Notes under the pieces: generated by a model | The model's database searches: none | What the model was told of the DNA's origin: nothing | The model's input: only the letters and a program-made list of their open reading frames with translations | Translations under genes and position numbers: made by a program | Assembly: GCA_016214655.1 (NCBI GenBank) | Contig: JACROC010000004.1 | Span: 26,084 to 90,083 of the forward strand | From: Candidatus Harrisonbacteria bacterium | GTDB taxonomy: Bacteria > Patescibacteriota > Minisyncoccia > UBA6257 > 02-FULL-45-10c | Reading direction: 5' to 3' | DNA length: 64,000 nt | Shown: positions 60,414-64,000 of the stretch, in pieces | Layout: every line of letters begins with the position of its first letter | How positions within the stretch are numbered: position 1 is the first letter of the stretch

Positions 60414-62534
60414 ATGAATCTACAGACTGACCTCGCCTCTATACCGGGAATCGGCCTGAAATTTAGCGCCAGGCTTAAAAAACTCGGGATTAAAACGGTA
60501 AAAGATTTACTTTGGCATTTTCCTTTCCGTTATGAAGACTATACAAAAATAGTGCCTATCGGAGAACTGGCGATCAACCAATCGGCAACTATTAAAGGGC
60601 AAATACACCAAATCAGCACCAGAAGAACTTGGAAAAAAAATCTTTTAATCACTGAGGCAATTATCGTAGACGAAACCGGGGGCATTAAAGCTGTCTGGTT
60701 CAACCAACCATACGTAAATAACATTCTCCGGGAAGGCAATTATTATAATTTCGCCGGCAAGGTAACCGGCTCCAAGCGGGAAATCTACCTGGCCAGCCCA
60801 TCCTATGAGCCGATTGAAGCTAGGGGCGAAACCAAGCATACCGCCGGATTAATTCCAATCTATCCGGAAACCAGAGGCCTAACCTCTAAGGGCCTAAGGT
60901 ATCTTATTAAGCCGATCCTTAAAAATCTTGAGCCAATAGAAGATTTTATCCCGGAAGAAATCCTTAAAGAAAATAAATTCCCGGATATTAATCTGGCATT
61001 AAAAAGAATCCATTTTCCACTGCAAGCTATGGATGCCGAAAACGCCAAAAAAAGATTTGCTTTTGAAAATTTATTTTTGCTCCAGCTCAATAATCTTAAA
61101 ATCAGATCGCGGCTGGCAGAAAAAAAGACAGCTCCAATTAAAATTACCCAGGATGAAATTCCCAAGATTATCGGGCAGCTCCCGTTCCAGCTGACCAATT
61201 CCCAAAAAATCAGCTTAGAAGAAATCATGGCTGATATCCAACATCCCCATCCAATGAACCGTCTACTTCAAGGCGATGTCGGATCTGGTAAAACAGTTAT
61301 TGCGGCAATAGCCGCAATACTGGCCGCAAAAAATGATCTGCAGGCAGTTTTTATGGCGCCCACCGAAGTTTTAGCCGGCCAACATTACCGGACTATTACC
61401 AAAACCTTCGATAAATTTAATAAAGGAATTGCTTTATTAACCGCCAATAAAAGCGAGCTTGATTACGGCGATAAACTCAATGCCAAAATTTCTAAAAACA
61501 AACTTTTAAAAGAAATAGAATCCGGTAATGTGAAAATTATTGTCGGAACTCATGCTGTCATCCAAAAAGGGGTGAAATTTAACAACCTATCTCTGGCCAT
61601 AGTCGATGAACAACATCGCTTTGGAGTAGCCCAGCGGGCTGCCTTAGCCAACCAATCCAACCAAGAAATTTCGCCTCATTTCTTATCTATGTCAGCGACT
61701 CCAATTCCCAGAACTTTATCCCTTACGGTTTTCGGCGACCTAGACCTTTCCACTATCACCGAATTGCCGGCAGGCAGAAAAGAAATCATCACCAAAATCG
61801 TTGCCCCAGAAAACCGCCTCAAGGCCTATGCCTTCATAAGAGAACAGGTTAAAAAAGGCCGGCAGACTTTTGTCATCTGCCCACGCATAGAACCGGGCGC
61901 AGTAAAAGAAGGTGAAATTTTGACCGAAGCCAAAAAGAAAGCTCTGGAATTAAAATCAGTTAAAGAAGAGTTTGAAAAACTCTCCACCAAAATATTCCCC
62001 GATCTTAAAGTCGTAATGCTGCACGGAAAAATGAAAGGCAAAGAAAAAGATCAGATTATGAAAGATTTTCAGGACAAAAAATACGATATTTTAGTTTCCA
62101 CTTCGGTTATTGAAGTCGGCGTTGATGTGCCTAATGCCACCATTATGATGATTGAAGGCGCAGAAAGATTCGGCCTAGCTCAGCTTTATCAATTCCGCGG
62201 ACGGGTAGGGCGCGGAGAACACCAATCATTCTGCCTGCTTTTTACGGACTCTGATTCCGAAAATGTACAAACAAGATTAAATTATCTCCTGACTGCTAAA
62301 AACGGTTTTGAACTTGCGGAAAAAGACTTGCTAATCCGGGGTCCCGGACAATTTTTAGGCCAAGAACAAACCGGCCTCCCCGATGTCGCTATGGATGCAT
62401 TAAAAGATATACAACTGGTAAAAGTCAGCCGAGATGCCGCCAAGAATGTTCTTTCTAACGATCCGGAACTGAAAAATTATCCTGCGCTTGCCACCAAATT
62501 CTCTGAATTCCAAAAAGAAATACATTTAGAATAA
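60414..62534 (+). CDS. recG: ATP-dependent DNA helicase RecG
   Basis: The ORF runs from 60360, but the likely start is ATG 60414 (MNLQTDLASIPGIG). It has a wedge domain, helicase motifs DVGSGKT and VDEQHRFG, and a C-terminal domain. Confidence 0.85.
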   Translation: MNLQTDLASIPGIGLKFSARLKKLGIKTVKDLLWHFPFRYEDYTKIVPIGELAINQSATIKGQIHQISTRRTWKKNLLITEAIIVDETGGIKAVWFNQPYVNNILREGNYYNFAGKVTGSKREIYLASPSYEPIEARGETKHTAGLIPIYPETRGLTSKGLRYLIKPILKNLEPIEDFIPEEILKENKFPDINLALKRIHFPLQAMDAENAKKRFAFENLFLLQLNNLKIRSRLAEKKTAPIKITQDEIPKIIGQLPFQLTNSQKISLEEIMADIQHPHPMNRLLQGDVGSGKTVIAAIAAILAAKNDLQAVFMAPTEVLAGQHYRTITKTFDKFNKGIALLTANKSELDYGDKLNAKISKNKLLKEIESGNVKIIVGTHAVIQKGVKFNNLSLAIVDEQHRFGVAQRAALANQSNQEISPHFLSMSATPIPRTLSLTVFGDLDLSTITELPAGRKEIITKIVAPENRLKAYAFIREQVKKGRQTFVICPRIEPGAVKEGEILTEAKKKALELKSVKEEFEKLSTKIFPDLKVVMLHGKMKGKEKDQIMKDFQDKKYDILVSTSVIEVGVDVPNATIMMIEGAERFGLAQLYQFRGRVGRGEHQSFCLLFTDSDSENVQTRLNYLLTAKNGFELAEKDLLIRGPGQFLGQEQTGLPDVAMDALKDIQLVKVSRDAAKNVLSNDPELKNYPALATKFSEFQKEIHLE

Positions 62535-62536
62535 AA

Positions 62537-62566
62537 GACCCCTACATTAGTAGGGGGTCCAGATTT
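62537..62566 (+). terminator. rho-independent terminator after recG
   Basis: GACCCCTAC-ATTAGTA-GGGGGTC followed by CAGATTTT. Confidence 0.5.
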
Positions 62567-62853
62567 TAGAAGTAAGGAACAGTCCAGACTTCGCCATCTT
62601 TATCAAGCAGGGTATCGTAGCTAAAATGAATCTGAAATTGGAAAAAGCCAAATTCTCTAAGCGCTGCCCCCACCGACTCTCTCAAAGAATTATCCGGCGG
62701 CTTCTGAAAACAATCGATCGTAACAACCGTGTGAAGCCTGATGGAATCATCCTGATTCAACATCGGCGGAAAATCCAGATTAACCTTTCTAACCAATGGC
62801 AACATTTCCAGATGCCTCATAACTCTTCCAATTCGATCCGTATCTTTATCCAC
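62566..62853 (-). CDS. hypothetical small protein
   Basis: 95 aa. No family recognised. Confidence 0.3.
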   Translation of the reverse strand: MDKDTDRIGRVMRHLEMLPLVRKVNLDFPPMLNQDDSIRLHTVVTIDCFQKPPDNSLRESVGAALREFGFFQFQIHFSYDTLLDKDGEVWTVPYF

Positions 62854-62917
62854 TTATCCCTTCTTAACTGATCTCGTGCTAGTGAATATCTTAAAATAAA
62901 AAATATGTGTGTGTCAA

Positions 62918-64000
62918 TTAATTCGCCGGAGTAGAAGAAACTGAATCGTCGGAAGATTGAACAGTAGAAACATCGTCATCAGATGGCTGAACATCGGTGC
63001 TGCTTTCTGAATCTGTATTACTGCTTTCTGAATTTACATTTTGAGATCCGCACTCACCCTTAGTCTTTTCAAATTCGCCATTCACAATACTCACACAATA
63101 TAAGTCGCCGGTCGCTTTATCACGAAGCTCTAACTCATCCGTAGTTACTTTCTTGGCAACTAAATTCTTTAAAGTAACCAAGCCATCTTCAATAAATATC
63201 TTCATGCTTTCCAGCCATCCCTTAACTACATTGATTACTGATGCCAAAAGACCATCGCCTGATTCATTATTAACCGGAGCATTCCAATAACTAAGATCAG
63301 CAAAGACCATAACCTTACCCCGATTTTCTTCATTCTGACCGGCATAATTACCTAAAGCATATCCTATTATCTTGCCTGATTCAGTAGCCTTCTTTCCTAC
63401 TCCTGGTATAGAGGAAATGGTGATAGGGTCTCCGATTTGGATATCTCCTCCTTCCAGATTGACCTTGACTGGGATCCGGCCGGATAAGGCGAGCGGGGCT
63501 TTGCCTGGGGTGGGATTATATTGTCCTCCAAGAGCTTTGAGTCCTGATCCTTCAAATACGATAGCTGGGGAGGTGGAGATGACGCCAGCAAGCAAGTTAT
63601 CAGTTGTTTGGGTAGCTTTTTGGAGATGAACAGAATTCTGACCATCAAACATGACAATATCTCCCGGTTCTAGTTGTTCGGTGGTTGGATATAACTCAGC
63701 TAGGTCGTTAAGGGCGCAGGCAGCGGCACCGTCAGAATCTCTGCAGGTATCATCCGCGTCTACGGCTATAGCCACATTACCATCCCCCATGCCTCCGGCT
63801 TTGATGAGAAAGGCGGGTTTGGTGTTATCTCCGGTATTTTCTACTGCTAGAGCTGCCTGAGGAGAGGTGGTGCCGATACCAACGTGTCCACTGGCATCTA
63901 TAACGAGAATCCCCTGATTAGTAGAAGTTGCAATCTGGAAGAGATTCTGTCCAGTCGATCCATTTATAACAAGACTGAAAGATGGCGTTGTAGTTCCAAT
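62918..64000 (-). CDS. surface or tail-fibre-like protein, partial; N-terminus lies beyond the window end
   Basis: The frame is open to the window edge. The upstream portion reads ...STGQNLFQIATSTNQGILVIDASGHVGIGTTSP..., a motif common in phage tail-fibre / S74-chaperone-type proteins. The C-terminus is a Ser/Asp/Thr-rich tail. Confidence 0.45.
   Translation of the reverse strand: MGTTTPSFSLVINGSTGQNLFQIATSTNQGILVIDASGHVGIGTTSPQAALAVENTGDNTKPAFLIKAGGMGDGNVAIAVDADDTCRDSDGAAACALNDLAELYPTTEQLEPGDIVMFDGQNSVHLQKATQTTDNLLAGVISTSPAIVFEGSGLKALGGQYNPTPGKAPLALSGRIPVKVNLEGGDIQIGDPITISSIPGVGKKATESGKIIGYALGNYAGQNEENRGKVMVFADLSYWNAPVNNESGDGLLASVINVVKGWLESMKIFIEDGLVTLKNLVAKKVTTDELELRDKATGDLYCVSIVNGEFEKTKGECGSQNVNSESSNTDSESSTDVQPSDDDVSTVQSSDDSVSSTPAN

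Overview
The window is AT-rich and gene-dense. It encodes mostly compact housekeeping genes: rpoB, rpoC, topA, rel, dprA, recO, recG, parB, glyQS, the rpsF-ssb-rpsR operon, rplS, rsmE, a CCA-adding enzyme, znuBC, mltG and a SEDS protein. It also carries nine tRNAs and an unlinked 23S-5S rRNA pair with no 16S gene nearby. Read together, these features look like a Patescibacteria/CPR-type genome; that phylum call is an inference. Four accessory features stand out. (1) At 17.5-24.3 kb on the minus strand there is a pupylation-like cluster with no 20S proteasome genes. It has an ARC/Mpa-type coiled-coil AAA ATPase, a PafA/Dop-family ligase, a 65-aa Pup-like protein ending in QKSGE, and two further divergent tandem PafA-family paralogs. 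(2) At 34.0-36.5 kb there is a diversity-generating retroelement. It has an adenine-containing template repeat (TR), an Avd-like four-helix-bundle gene, a reverse transcriptase with the IGxxxSQ motif, and a GC-rich target gene whose C-terminal variable repeat (VR) differs from the TR only at TR adenines. A Fic protein lies next to it. (3) The 23S rRNA carries an intron-like insertion of about 360 nt. (4) One tRNA-Pro gene is nested inside fragments of a second tRNA-Pro-like gene. Other notable items are a large secreted protein made of cysteine-rich modules that sits in the znuCB operon, and a repeat protein built from two tandem DNA repeats.
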